From assembly GCF_006345805.1 (NCBI RefSeq), contig NW_021831994.1, positions 2,572-66,571 on the forward strand: 64,000 nucleotides of DNA, given 5' to 3'. The stretch comes from Octopus sinensis (lineage: Eukaryota). Numbering within the stretch: the stretch's first letter is position 1; every line of letters begins with the position of its first letter. The position numbers and the translations under genes are program-made. The notes under the pieces are model-generated. The model was not told where the DNA came from. It did not search any database and saw only the letters and a list, made by a program, of their open reading frames with translations. Positions 1-13,647 of the stretch are shown one piece after another.

Positions 1-367
1 GCAGATACATACAAATACAGACACCTCATTGATCTCTATATATGTATCTATCTATTTACTTTTCAATCAATCATTCTCCAGCATTGAATATGTACCGTAC
101 ATACATACAGGGCTAGGAAGTCATTTATCAATGCAGTATCTATTAACCAGCTACAAACATCAGCTGGGACAACATATATGGTTTTCTGCACATTCACATT
201 CAGAACGGTACGGCAGCTGCTGCACAAACAGTTGTCCTATGCGGCTCTCATGAAGAGGCCACTTAAATAAACTGTCTCAACGGCGCGAACAAATAGTCAC
301 TGACCTCAGACTCGCGTTTTAGTCTATTCCACTGTTGTTCCTGTGCCAACTCTAAACTGGCTTAGCT

Positions 368-583
368 TTTTTTGAAAGCACTCCGTCGGTTACGACGACG
401 AGGGTTCCGGTTGATCCGATCAACGGAACAGCCTGCTCGTGAAATTAACGTGTAAGTGGCTGAGGACTCCACAGACACGTGTACCCTTAACGCAGTTCTC
501 GGGGATATTTAGTTTAGGAATCGAAACCGCGATCCTACGACCGCGAGTCCGCTGCCCTAACCACGGGGCCATTGCGCCTCCAC
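368..583 (-). mobile_element. tRNA-derived SINE family A, tail type 1, internally deleted, with 14-bp TSD
   Basis: Minus-strand head GTGGAGGCGCAATGGCC..GGTTAGGGCAGCGGACTCGCG..GGTTTCGATTCC (A/B boxes) joined directly to the 3' part seen in the full copy at 4019; AAACTGGCTTAGCT duplicated at 354-367 and 584-597. Confidence 0.9.
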
Positions 584-1053
584 AAACTGGCTTAGCTAAG
601 GCACTCGGTATCATCATTTCTCCCACCTTAGAGTTTCAGTCACACAGAATTCAATACTTGTACTTGCTAACATTTTTCTGGCACCCGACCATTTGCAGCT
701 GTTTTAGGGAAACGTTCATGGTCGAAGCTCTCGCTAGTCTTTCAGCACCTTCTAAAGACATAGTAAGGACCTTGCGCCCAGAAGAAAATAATTCACTCAC
801 ACACGCAAACAAATAGATAGATATCGATAATTACGCACTCAAATAGTTAATGAAATAGCTCATACAGTACACGTATTTTCACATTTTCACATACATATAT
901 ATATTTATATATGTATATATTATATATGTGTGTATATATATTTATATATGTTAATATATATATATATATATATATATTTATTTATTTATTTATATAAATA
1001 TAAATATTTAAGCATATTTGTATGAATGCGAATGCATGTGTATATATATACAT

Positions 1054-1440
1054 GCAGGAGCGGCTGTGTGGTAAGTAGCTTTCTTACCAACCAAATGGTT
1101 CCGGGTTCAGTCCCACTGCGTGGCATCTTGTGCAAGTGTCTTCTACTATAGCCTCGGGCCGACCAAATCCTTGTGAGTGGATTTGGTAGACGGAAACTGA
1201 AAGAAGCGTGTCGTATATATATATATGTTTATATGTGTGTGTGTCTGTGTTTGTTCCTCCAACATCGCTTGACAACCGATGCTGGTGTGTTTACATCCCC
1301 GTAATCTACCGGTTCGGCAAAATAGACCGATAGACTAATTACTAGGCTTACAAAGAATAAGGCCTGGGGTCGATTTGCTCGACTAAAGGCGGTGCTCCTG
1401 CATGGCCGCAGTCAAATGACTGAAACAAGTAAAAGAGTAA
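1054..1440 (+). mobile_element. SINE family B (tRNA head, CORE-like domain, internal TA/TG microsatellite; resembles octopus OR-type CORE-SINEs)
   Basis: GCAGGAGCGGCTGTGTGGTAAG head, GGTTCAGTCCC B box, CORE-like GCAAGTGTCTTCTACTATAGCC..GACGGAAACTG, tail GTCAAATGACTGAAACAAGTAAAAGAG; many related copies in the window. Confidence 0.9.
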
Positions 1441-2069
1441 TATACAGACACACAGACATAATTATACGCATACATACATATATATATATATGTTTTTATG
1501 TATGTATGTATGTATGTATATGAGTTTGTGTGTGCATGGGGTGTATTTATGAGTTGGTGGTATTTATGAATTGGTGGCCCAAGAGTAAAATAATCTGTAT
1601 CAGTACCATGAGATCCCAGCTTCCTACTATTTCTATCTGACGTGATGATATCCCACCACACTCACAGTCTAACACAATCTACTCTCAACTAGCTTCCAGC
1701 CACCGGCTGTTATAAAGTATGTCATGTTTATACACAAGCCTCGATGCAGTAGACATCATACGGAATTGTCATTGTCTGGTTATGGCTGAACATATTTTAG
1801 TCTAACGGAAGTAGAGGAAATAGATTTGACATGACGATGGAAGGAACAGATTATATTTCTGAAGTGCTGCATCCCATGTAGCCTTGATAGACACGCAGGC
1901 TCACGTGGAAGCAAGCTTATACATACAATTAAGACGTTTATAGTTATACGTATATATTTATGCTTACATATACGGTCTTATATTTATATGTATATGAAAA
2001 TATGTATGCGTGCATATATATGGATATATCTGTGTGTATGTGTGCATGTTTTTATATATATATATAGAT

Positions 2070-2091
2070 ATATGTATATGTCTGTATATAG

Positions 2092-2164
<73 letters not shown>

Positions 2165-2308
2165 GCATGTCTGTATATATATATATTATGTGTGTGTGTG
2201 TGGTGTGTGTGTATTTCTATCAAGCCAGCTGTCTGTGTGTATATCTATCTATCTATCTATCAATATATCTATCTATCTATCCTATCTATCTATCTATCTA
2301 TCTATATA

Positions 2309-2352
<44 letters not shown>
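2070..2352. repeat. Compound (TA)n/(TG)n/(TATC)n microsatellite
   Basis: Directly visible. Confidence 0.95.
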
Positions 2353-2978
2353 TTTATGTGTGCGTACGTGTGTATAAAACGATAAGGTGACACATGCACA
2401 TAGGCACACACAGACACATCATACATTCACACGCATGCGCACATATTTTGATGATGATTTTCGAGAATGTTTTTGCAACGTTAATGGCCAAACGGATTTC
2501 GGTTTGCCTATTGTTACAAACCATACATAAAGAATGAACAAGGAAGTGTGAGAAACTTTCAATATAAAAATCATATTTTTGTATGTTACATATTAGAGTA
2601 TGAAAGTGAATGCATGCATGGGTATGCGAGTGTGTTTTTGTATGTGTGTGCTCGCCTGTTGGGCGGCATATATATGTATGAGTGTGTGTAGAAACACACA
2701 CTTATTTAAATATGTATTATGCCATAGAAATACGTCTACATGATATATTTACCTGTCTCTAAACAGATACACACATGTATGCATGCATCATTAACACAGA
2801 CTCAGACACAGACACACACATACACACATATATATATATTTATATACATACATATATATATATATATATATTGGCATATGTACATATATATACATATAAA
2901 TATATATATACATGTATAGCGTGGGGAGAGCAGGGAGAGGAAGAGAGAGAGAGGGGGGAGAAGGGAAACGCAGACAAC

Positions 2979-3150
<172 letters not shown>

Positions 3151-4018
3151 GAAAGAGTGGATCAAATAAATGTTCGACTTGTTTCGTTTACGAAATTCCA
3201 CTGGCACGGACTCCGATCTGAACTCCAGTTAAAGAGGTTTCTAGTTAGTGCAATAAAGCCTATATTTCGAAAATTAGATGATGATGATGACTATGCATTG
3301 ACAGAGATAACTCTATTTCAGAAGAATTTTTATTAAATATGAAATTTAAGTCTCTGGTGAGTCTTGTAGCTTCCTCTCTGTACTTTTGCACTTTTGCACT
3401 TTTAAGAATCCTGGAGATTGGCAATTGCATATGCGAATGGAAAAGGCTTAAGATTATTAAATTTTGGGGCAATCACTACTTTTGGATAAATGTAATCATT
3501 TTCTTATAAAGTTGATTTGGCATATATGGGAAAGGTTTTGAATATTGCATTTAGAAGTTCCTTTATCAGCGATCTGGATATTTTCAAATGGATAAAATTG
3601 TAGGGTGCAAAATTCGAAGCCAACTTCATTAATGGCAGCGAACGTCAGATCATATGGATTTTGTATGGTGACTATGTTGCTATGATAATGTTTAGTTTGT
3701 CTCAAAATGTCTTCTTTCTTTTAGATTGGAATAACAATTGTCGGCGAGAAATACAAAGCTGAAATTAGGAAACAAAAATACAGATACATTACAAGTAAAT
3801 GCTTTTGTGGTCTCCATAAAGAGGAGGACCTTGTTTATGGTTTGTGGGTCCTTGGAGATGAATTGCGCCTCCAATTTTGATGGTCTTTTCAGAGACCAAT
3901 GAGACTCATATATCTACAGCTGAGTGAACTGGAGCAACGTGAAATAAAGTGTCTTGCTCAATAACAAAACACAAGCCAATTTAAAAACACCATTCCTTTA
4001 CAGAATAATAGTGAAAAT

Positions 4019-4401
4019 GTGGAGGCGCAATGGCCTAGTAGTTAGGGCAGCGGACTCGCGGTCATAGGATCGCGGTTTCGATTCCCAGACCGGGCGTTGT
4101 GAGTGTTTATTGAGCGAAAACACCTAAAGCTCTACGAGGCTCCGGCAGGGATGGTGGTGATCCCTGCTGTACCCTTTCACCACAAATTTCTCTCACTCTT
4201 ACTTCCTGTTTCTGTTGTACCTGTATTTCAAAGGGCCGGCCTTGTCACTCTCTGTGTCACGCTGAATATCCCCGAGAACTACGTTAAGGGTACACGTGTC
4301 TGTGGAGTGCTCAGCCACTTACACGTTAATTTCACGAGCAAGCTGTTCCGTTGATTCGGATCAACCGGAACCCTCGTCGTCGTAAGCGACGGAGTGCTTC
4401 C
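4019..4401 (+). mobile_element. Full-length SINE family A, tail type 1, with 12-bp TSD
   Basis: tRNA-like head; tail GGAACCCTCGTCGTCGTAAGCGACGGAGTGC; AATAGTGAAAAT at 4007-4018 and 4402-4413. Confidence 0.93.
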
Positions 4402-4749
4402 AATAGTGAAAATACGAAGTAACAGTTATTCTTTAGGGTTATTCCTATGGGTATATTTCATAGTCAATCTTTGTTCAGGTATCGAGAATTTCTACTGCTT
4501 TGTTTGCCGGTTTTTGTCATTCTAGAATCTTCAGTATACCATGAATTTCTGTGTTATGTAACGAATTTGTAATACACTTCTAGCACAACCTTTTGGCCTA
4601 AGGGGAAAATTAGCATAAAATGGTTAGCACCAGCTTAGAAGAGCAGCGTGTGATCTGCACAAAACTAAGTCTAGAGTCATTATATGAGTTTCAAAATAAG
4701 TGGATATCGTTTACAAATCCCTTCATCTTTAGCTCTTTTTAAAATAACT

Positions 4750-5019
4750 TGCATCTATACAATCACACACACAAATACATATATATATATATATATATAT
4801 TTACTTCATACTTATCTACCTACCTGACTATCCATTCCTATATTTCTGTCCATATATGTTTAAGTACGCGTGCGCGCGTGTGTAACTATGTCCCTCTCCT
4901 TATTGCACCGTCTCGCCAAATTCACACACACACACACACATACACATATATTTATATATGTATGTATGTATGTCTATAGCTATCTATTTATTTATGTATA
5001 TATATTTAGATATACATAC

Positions 5020-5076
<57 letters not shown>

Positions 5077-5654
5077 GTATGTATGTATGTATATGTATGT
5101 ATGTATGTATGTATCTGTGTATGTGTTGAGATATATTATGTACTGAATGACTTTCAAGTCACCGATGCACTCGCAAAGAAGGATTATCCCCTTTGCATGA
5201 ATTCTCCCATTTCTATATTTCATCTACATTTTTTCTCATCTGTTTATTATATATTATTCAGTAACATATTTTTCCCCTTCAAATATGGCGATCAACGTTT
5301 TTCCCCAGCTAAACACAAGAAACAAAACAACCGAAGGCCACTTATTTTTATAATATATAAACAGGTTTAAATAGGTTTGATATAAAATATATAAAAAAAA
5401 AACAACATCGGGTAATGGTGTTTCTGTCTATAATTCTCTCACGCATACATTGTCTTTTGCTTTATGAATATACATGTACAAAACCCACCACACACGTACA
5501 CACATACATATACATACATACATACACATAAAACACAGACACACAGATACACAAACACGCACATATATATATACGCATATCTTTGTACGATTGTAAGTGT
5601 GCAAACAATATATGTGTGTATGTTTGTATCTATAAGACACAGAAACATTGTTGC

Positions 5655-5688
<34 letters not shown>

Positions 5689-5811
5689 ATATAATATACA
5701 TATATATGCATGTATATATAGTATATATATATTTGTATATATATATATATATATATATACATATATACATATATACATAGATATATGTATATATATGTAT
5801 ATATGTATATG

Positions 5812-5853
<42 letters not shown>

Positions 5854-5892
5854 GAAATGCATGTATATCGTACTAATTTTTTTGATTATACT

Positions 5893-5929
<37 letters not shown>

Positions 5930-6411
5930 CACATATATATATATATGCATAAGTATGTATGTATTATGTATGTATGTATGTATGTATGTATGTATGCATG
6001 TATATAAATGTATACACATATAGAACACGTATAGGTAACATATAAGATTTACACATAATACAAGCTTCAAAATATGTTTTTGCGTTTTGCGTTCTCTCTC
6101 TCTTTTTTTCTGCAATATTTTCCTATATTTTGAAAATATTCTCTAGAAATTGTAAAGGTAAATTTAAACTATGGGAATCACAAGTGTATACTGATATCTC
6201 TTCTACTTCTCCATCGTCCTCATCTTCCCCTATCTTCTCCTTACTCTTATACATTTCTCATATATATTTGTCTTGTTCTATTTTTTTTCCTCTGTATGCA
6301 ATAACCGTGTACGGTAGACTGTGTCGCTGTGTTTGTGTGTATGTGTGCGTATATATAAGGAAATATGTATATATATTATATATATATATAATATATATAT
6401 ATATCTGTGTG

Positions 6412-6444
<33 letters not shown>

Positions 6445-6555
6445 TATACATATATATGTATAATATACATATATATATATATTATACATATGTAATTTAT
6501 ATATATATATATATGTGTGTGTATATATATTATATATATATATATATATAGTATA
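4750..6555. repeat. Microsatellite-rich block ((TA)n, (CA)n, (TATG)n) with short unique spacers
   Basis: Directly visible; source of many spurious Y/I/C/V-rich ORFs. Confidence 0.9.
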
Positions 6556-6564
6556 TTGTGTATC

Positions 6565-6778
6565 TCTGTTTCGGTTGGTCCCCCACCACCGTTGACAACT
6601 ACTGGTGTTGTACTTACATCCCTGTTAACTAGTGGTTCTGCAAAAAATAATATGCACTGATTGAATAAGTAGTAGGCTTCAAAAAATAAGTCCATGGGTC
6701 GATTTGTGCAACTAAAACTCCTCAAAGGGCATGCCCCAGCATGGCCGCAATCAAATGATTGAAACAACTGAAAGAATA
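6565..6778 (+). mobile_element. SINE family B 3' half (diverged variant)
   Basis: CCACCACCGTTGACAAC..GAATAAGTAGTAGGCTT..GCATGGCCGCAATCAAATGATTGAAACAA matches the family B tail. Confidence 0.8.
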
Positions 6779-6794
6779 TATTGTCGTTAATTGG

Positions 6795-6936
6795 TAGTTA
6801 AGCCATAGATGGGACCCTGAGTAATTAGCACTTGTCAGGTGTGAGATCAGCATCTGACCTCACTTCAAATGCTAGTTAAACCACAGCTGGGACCTTGAGT
6901 AATTAGCACTTGTCAGGTGTGCGGTCAGCATCTGAC
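6795..6936. repeat. Two-copy 78-bp-period tandem duplication
   Basis: GGGACCYTGAGTAATTAGCACTTGTCAGGTGTG..TCAGCATCTGAC at 6811 and 6889. Confidence 0.85.
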
Positions 6937-7100
6937 AGGTGCTATTACTCCGGCCAGGTGCTATTGATCCGATCATATCAATATTCATGAACAATAGAAG
7001 CCAAGACATGATTCCACTCTCCTCAAAACCTTGAAACTCCCGAACCAAAGCCACACGAAATGATGCAGCTTCATGTCATACGGAGGGACGTAGAAATGCA

Positions 7101-7482
7101 GTGGCAGCGCGTGGGTTGATGGTTAGGGTGTTGGACTTATGATCGCAAGATTGTGGTTTCGATTCCTAGACCGGGTGACGCGTTGTATTCTTGATCATTT
7201 ATCGTTGCTCCAGTTCACTCAACAAGCAAAAATGAGTAATCCTGCGACGGGACGGCGTCCCGTCCGGGTGGGGAATATATACGCCATGAAACAGAGAAAT
7301 CGGCCCTTATGAGTCCTCCCACCACCGCTGTCATCCACTGGTGTTGTACTTACATCCCCGTTAACTAACAGTTCGGCAAAAAAGAAGGAATTAAAAACAC
7401 CGATTGAATAAGTACTAAGCTTCAAAAAATAAGTGATAAAACAGAGAAATCGGCCCTTATGCGTCGGTGTGGCTCGACGTGG
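7101..7482 (+). mobile_element. SINE family D (tRNA head, CORE-like, RTE-like tail) with a nested family B fragment at ~7312-7438
   Basis: Head GGTTAGGGTGTTGGACTT..GGTTTCGATTCC; tail AAACAGAGAAATCGGCCCTTATG duplicated (7289-7311, 7439-7461) around the family B piece. Confidence 0.8.
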
Positions 7483-7974
7483 TAAATTTATCTTTTGTTA
7501 TATCCTGGCTTTGGATAAATAATTTAACGAAGCAGGTGAAGAGAAAGTATTCACACGATACACCACTATTACTGTACACGAGGTTAAATGCTCTCTGCCA
7601 ACGGTTCAGTGTGAATTTCTTCTCTGAACTGCTGACAGATTTATAGCAATGTGTCAGTCCACATTTTCCCCTTTGCGGCTGGTCGATATCCTTTTTAACG
7701 TAGAAATAATGTTGGTTAGATCGAGCAAAGGTACTGTTATCACGGTACCTTTCTATGAAAGAAACATTCACATGTAAAATCTGCTGTTTTACGTGATTAC
7801 TGGTTATCTTCTTTTGACTTCTTACTGTGTACTAATCACAATGACACAGAAAGTCCGTTAATTGGGCTTAGGGCGTTGAATATAAGTGAATGAAAACGTA
7901 TGTAGTATTTACACCTAGACATAGTACTACTGATATTCTTTTCTCCTCTACGCACAACGTCTTTTTTGTGGAGG

Positions 7975-8330
7975 ATGCCAGTCGATTAGATCGACACCAG
8001 TACGCAACTGGTACTTAATTTACCGACCCCGAAAGGATGAAAGGCAAAGTTGACCTCGGCGGAATTTGAACTCAGAACGTAATGGCAGACAAAATACCTA
8101 TTTATTTACTACCCACAAGGGGCTAAACACAGAGAGGACAAACAAGGACAGACAAACGGATTAAGTCGATTATATCGACCCCAGTGCGTAACTGGTACTT
8201 ATTTAATCGACCCCGAAAGGATGGAAGGCAATGTCGACCTTGGCGGAATTTGAACTCAGAACGCAGCGGCAGACGAAATACCGCTAAGCATTCCGCCCGA
8301 CGTGCTAACGATTCTACTAACTCTCCACCT
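7975..8330 (-). mobile_element. SINE family C (central GCCTTTCATCCTTTCGGGGTCGATAAA domain, possibly Meta/MESC-like): full copy plus tandem 5'-truncated unit
   Basis: Full unit ~8097-8330 followed on the minus strand by a second unit ~7975-8096; same domain as the copies at 34077, 44919 and 55835. The superfamily name is tentative. Confidence 0.85.
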
Positions 8331-8633
8331 TTGATGATGGTATAATAAACACGTGATCACATCACATGATCATTCATATGTCAGTAACTGATGAAATGAA
8401 GGGAATGGGTTTGCAGACTACAGATACATACATATAGATGACTAACAACATCTCGAGATAGGAGAGCAGATAGTTAAGTAGAAACATAGATACACAGATA
8501 CATAAATATAGGTGGGTTAGAGCATAAATAAATAGATTGATAAATAAATTGATTGGCACATTGATGAAGAGAAGGATAGATAGACAAGTAGAAACAGATA
8601 AAAAGGAACGTAGACCAAAAGACGGACATACAG

Positions 8634-8636
<3 letters not shown>

Positions 8637-8666
<30 letters not shown>

Positions 8667-8865
8667 TAGATGGATAGATAGATAGATAGATGGATAGATA
8701 GATAGATAGATAGATGGATAGATAGATGGATAGATAGATAGATAGATAGATGGATAGATAGATAGATGGATAGATAGATAGATAGATGGATAGATAGATA
8801 GATGGATAGATAGATAGATAGATGGATAGATAGATAGATCGATAGATAGATAGATAGATAGATAA
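8637..8865. repeat. (GATA)/(GATG)n array
   Basis: Directly visible. Confidence 0.95.
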
Positions 8866-9145
8866 GGAGACAGATAGATAAAGAAAGAGGGGGAGAGAGA
8901 GGCGTACAAAGCGAAAGTGATATCTGAAAATATAGTCAAGAGTAAGATGTGTGTGTGTGTGTGTATGTGTGTGTGTGTGTGTGTGGGTGGGTGTGTTTGT
9001 ATGTGAGTGTGTGACAGATGAAGAAAAAAAGTTTATCGAAAAAGTAAAAAAAGAACCATCCCTTGGTTTCCGTGGCTGACATTTAGAATTGAAATACCGT
9101 TAATGGGATTCATTTCCTTAAATAAAATGGACCTAACAATAAGAA

Positions 9146-9158
9146 AGTAGTAGTAGTA

Positions 9159-9193
<35 letters not shown>

Positions 9194-9313
9194 ACTATAA
9201 TAATAGTACTAATAATGCTGATAAAATGATGATGGCAAGAAGACAACGAAGTAGAAGAAGAAGAAGAAGAAGAAGAAGAAGAAGAAGAAGAAGAAGAAGA
9301 AGAAGAAGAAGAG
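9146..9313. repeat. (TAG)n and (GAA)n trinucleotide arrays
   Basis: Directly visible. Confidence 0.95.
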
Positions 9314-9881
9314 ACAACAATAATTTAATAATGAGGAGGATGGTAATGTTACGCGACGATAATAATGGTAATAATGGTAGCCGTATGAAGCTCCACCTAC
9401 CATCAAATATGACAAAGCGAAGATATTACGGGACTTTATAATATGCTGTAGACTACAAGATCTATTATAATGTGCCTGACCTCATTCTCTATTAGAAAAA
9501 AATACAATGGTCTATTAATTAACGACAAATCTATACCAAATGACTTTAACGTTGAGTGGGAAGCAGCTGGAAGGCTTAAAGTACGCCATCGAACTTCTTT
9601 GATGACATTCTTAAAATATATTATGGTAGGAAAAGATTTTAACAAAAATATCTGTGTCGTGGTTAGGATTACAGCTTTCCTTTTCACCCGGGCGGTCAGT
9701 GTTCGATTCCCGGCATGGTAACTCAATCTTTATAGAACCAGGGATGGTTGTCCGTGCTTCGCAAATACTTAATTTTGGGTTTATATTAGAAGTCATTGTC
9801 TTCTAATATAAAGGAAGAACGATCAAAGCCTTGAAAGTGGACTTGGTGGACGGAAACTGAAAGAAACCTGTCGAATATATA

Positions 9882-9931
<50 letters not shown>

Positions 9932-9934
<3 letters not shown>

Positions 9935-10130
9935 GTTAATCCAAACAAGAAAGTACAAAAAAACCCACAACGAAGGACGTGGAACAAATATAGTATTATT
10001 GGAGGCTCAGGAAAGAAGAAGGGTTTAACGTTTCGAGCGGAGCTCTTCGTCGGAAACATAGGAGAAGGAAAGATCCAGAGAAGGGAAGACAGACGAAAAA
10101 AATCGCCAACGGTGCACACGCGGTACGTAC
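9932..10130 (-). mobile_element. PLE pseudo-LTR fragment (same family as 54724)
   Basis: Closely similar to 54724-54945; related to the terminal segment of the GIY-YIG element at 62873; carries an HHR motif. Confidence 0.7.
10023..10057 (-). ncRNA. Minimal type I hammerhead motif (U4C core, extra A after A9)
   Basis: GUUU-CCGACGA-A-GAGC(UCC)GCUC-GAAA-CG-UU-AAAC: stem I GUUU/AAAC, stem II GAGC/GCUC, palindromic AACGUU replacing stem III. Confidence 0.6.
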
Positions 10131-11654
10131 ATACACATGTGCATATGTATACGTCTATACGTTTGCATGTGTGTGTGTCTCTGTGTTGGTATTTCACTCT
10201 GTCGCTGCTTTACGACCGATGTTAATTTGTTTAGTAGTTGAGCATCAAGGCGTAGTAGAATAAGCATCAGACTTAAAAATACTTTAGAGTAGTCTTTTCA
10301 AGGTGGTGCCCCAGCATGGCTGCAGTCCAATGACTGAAACGTGTAAACGATAAACGATATCGTCTGATTGTAATTTTTTTTAAACAAAGTGACTATGGTC
10401 GGCGATTTCTGTGAATATGTACTAAAACATTACATAGGATTTCCTGTAAAGCTGACCTTAGGCTCGATTGAAAAAATATAGATACTATGGAATCTGTTAT
10501 TTATTTTTTTACTTTTGTCATTCACTGGACCATGGCCATGCTAGGGCACCATCTTGAACTTTAGTGGCAATTTAATGTAGTACTTGTTCTATCGTTTACA
10601 TTTGGCAATCAGTAAGGGAGGGAGGAAACTTAAAGATGAACGAATATATATACATACCTACAGACACATATATATGGTAGACTTTACATTGGTTGGTCTC
10701 AAGCTATATTAGAAGACTCTTGGCTAGAGTGCCGTGCAGTGGAATTGAAATCTAAGCATATTATTTCTACATAATATGTACATATTATTTCTTAAAATTC
10801 TGCAAAAGAATTGTTGGATTTACCTGTCATACATGAGAATTTTCGTAGGATTTGTATTCTACTGACATTTACTGGTATCTAACTGTTCGAAATTAAATTC
10901 TATTCCTTTATACTGAGTGCTTACTTGATATATATATATAGATATATATATATACCTACATACACGCATTCTTCATTCTTCGATATCTTGTAGTTTTCAA
11001 ATGATTCAATCCTGCTAGCTAGGCATTCAGGTCAATATTTTCTTGGACGGAAAGCTAATCTGTCGCGGGTTTACCAATTCACAGTCAGCGAAGCAACTTG
11101 AAATTAAGTATTTTGCTCAAACATACACACTCACACAAACACACACACACAAATACACACACTTGCACACACACATATTATATAACATATTCATACACAC
11201 ACACACATATATATGTATATATGTTTATATGTGTATATACCTATGATAGGTATGTGCGTGTGTATATAATGTGTGTGTGTCTTGTGCATTTGTGTGTGTG
11301 TTTGCGTGTGATTGAATGTATGTATCCATATATAAGCCTGTGCATGAGTAAATGATAGGAGAAACGAAATACGTAGTTTTATAAAAAAAAGAACATATAT
11401 AGAATAGTTAGTCGGGACTTAGCGTTCAATAAATTAAAAAAACCATACTGAAAATATGTAGTCAGATCGATAACGGTGATCAATATAACTTGTACGTATT
11501 GCCCCAGCATTGCCAGAGATGAATAACCGAAACCAAAATGGCGGTAAAGATGTTATAACAACTTGGTGTCTGGATGTAATAGAAAATAATAAAGAAGGGG
11601 ATAAACATAGGACAGTATTAATAAAATCAATATTATATTGAGACACACACTCAC

Positions 11655-11935
<281 letters not shown>

Positions 11936-12042
11936 GTGTGGGGGGGGGTAGATAGATAGACAGATACATACATACTTACTATATACATATATACCACCCG
12001 CAGTCACACATATCTGCTAGTATTCATCTATCTATCTAACCA

Positions 12043-12128
<86 letters not shown>

Positions 12129-12459
12129 CATATATGTGTGTGTATGTATCTGTGTGTCCTGAGTGCTGCATGCATGCACAGGCATATATATAGAATATAT
12201 ATTACACGCCCAATGGGACGGAAAGAGCTGATGAAAATAGAAACCTATTACCAACTTACCACTGAAGGCCAAGAAAAGTATTAGAAAAGAAAGGTAAAGT
12301 TGATTAGAATATTAAGGAAACCTGACAAAAATAATAAAATAAAACTGGAACCATTTATTATGTATAGAAACGGAATTACAGCTACAATAGAAGGAAACGG
12401 TGGTGCTAATTACACAAACCTAAAACCTTTTTCAAAAAGCTAATAATGATTAATAAATA

Positions 12460-12496
12460 CTAATAATAATAATAATGAATAATAATAATAATAATA

Positions 12497-12557
<61 letters not shown>

Positions 12558-12562
12558 TATAA
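12460..12562. repeat. (TAA)n array, 5' flank of the R4/Dong fragment
   Basis: Directly visible. Confidence 0.95.
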
Positions 12563-12564
12563 TA

Positions 12565-13247
12565 GAAACCATTGATCATGTTGTCTCCAAGTGCAGTGTT
12601 CTTGCGCCAACAGAATATCTCAACAGGCATGATAGAGCTGCACAATATATTCACTGGGTAATTTGCAAAAGCCTGGACTTACCCCATGATAAAAACTGGT
12701 GGGAACACAAAACACCTCCAGTGCTTGAAAATGACCACATCTCACTCTTCTGGAACTTCACCATTCAAGCTGACAGAAAGATAGACGCGAATAGGCCAGA
12801 CATCATAGTAAAAGACTTCAGACAAAAAAAAATCCCTCCTCATTGTATTGACTGTCCCAATCGATATAAACGTAATTGTCAAGACCTACCAGAAACTGAG
12901 CAAATATAAAGATCTGGAAATAGAAATCAGCAAAATGTGGAACCTGAAGACTAAAACAATACCTGTTGTCATATATGCCCTGGGAATAATAGCAAAAGGT
13001 GCTGATTGCTACCTAACTCAGATGCCAGGAAACCCCAAAATAGCAGAAATTCAAAAGATAGTGCTCATGGGAACTGCTCATATCCTACGCAAAATACTTT
13101 CTTTGTAATCTCAAGTTTTAAAACAAACATAATTTTCGTATGGTTTTTTAGGCATTCACTAGTACAACACTAAGTACAAACCAAATATATGGCACCGAGG
13201 CATACACCACATGAACTTCCAATGTTGTCTCTTGAGGTCTCTGGGTG
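12565..13247 (+). mobile_element. 5'-truncated R4/Dong-type RLE non-LTR retrotransposon (zinc knuckle remnant, restriction-like endonuclease, 3' UTR), frameshifted
   Basis: ETIDHVVSKC..RHDRAAQYIHW..ENDHISLFWNFTIQADRKIDANRPDIIV, frameshift at an A-run near 12825, then KYKDLEIEISKMWNLKTKTIPVVI.ALG..IQKIVLMGTAHILRKIL* (stop at 13108). Confidence 0.9.
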
Positions 13248-13249
13248 AG

Positions 13250-13347
<98 letters not shown>

Positions 13348-13352
13348 TGATG

Positions 13353-13432
<80 letters not shown>

Positions 13433-13442
13433 TAATAATGAT
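13248..13442. repeat. (TAA)n array, 3' flank of the R4/Dong fragment
   Basis: Directly visible. Confidence 0.95.
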
Positions 13443-13449
13443 AGTCCTT

Positions 13450-13622
13450 TCTATTAGTCATTTACATTGACCCCAGTGTCTCATCGGCATTTAATTTATC
13501 AACCCCGAAAGGATGAAACACAAAGGTGACCTTGGGGAAATTTGAACTCACAACGTACCGTCGGGCGAGATATCGCTAAGCATTTCGCCGAGCGTGCTAG
13601 CGATTCTGTCAGCTCACCGACT
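13450..13622 (-). mobile_element. SINE family C, diverged
   Basis: TTTATCAACCCCGAAAGGATGAA..AAATTTGAACTC..GCTAAGCATTTCGCC. Confidence 0.75.
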
Positions 13623-13647
13623 CAATAATAATAATAATTAATAATAA

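Larger units (their letters stand above)
9795..10355 (+). mobile_element. Decayed SINE family B interrupted in its internal (TA)n by a PLE terminal fragment
   Basis: CORE-end GGACGGAAACTGAAAGAA at ~9850-9865; tail GGTGGTGCCCCAGCATGGCTGCAGTCCAATGACTGAAAC at ~10300-10340. Confidence 0.65.

Noticed and set aside
4019-4090. tRNA-like sequences here and at other SINE heads
   Set aside because: They continue into SINE bodies with TSDs; no complete cloverleaf or acceptor stem.
9226-9441. Poly-Arg ORF (protamine-like look)
   Set aside because: (GAA)n microsatellite read as AGA codons.
12228-12252. CTGATGA-AAATA-GAAAC
   Set aside because: No stem II pairing and no stem I complement.
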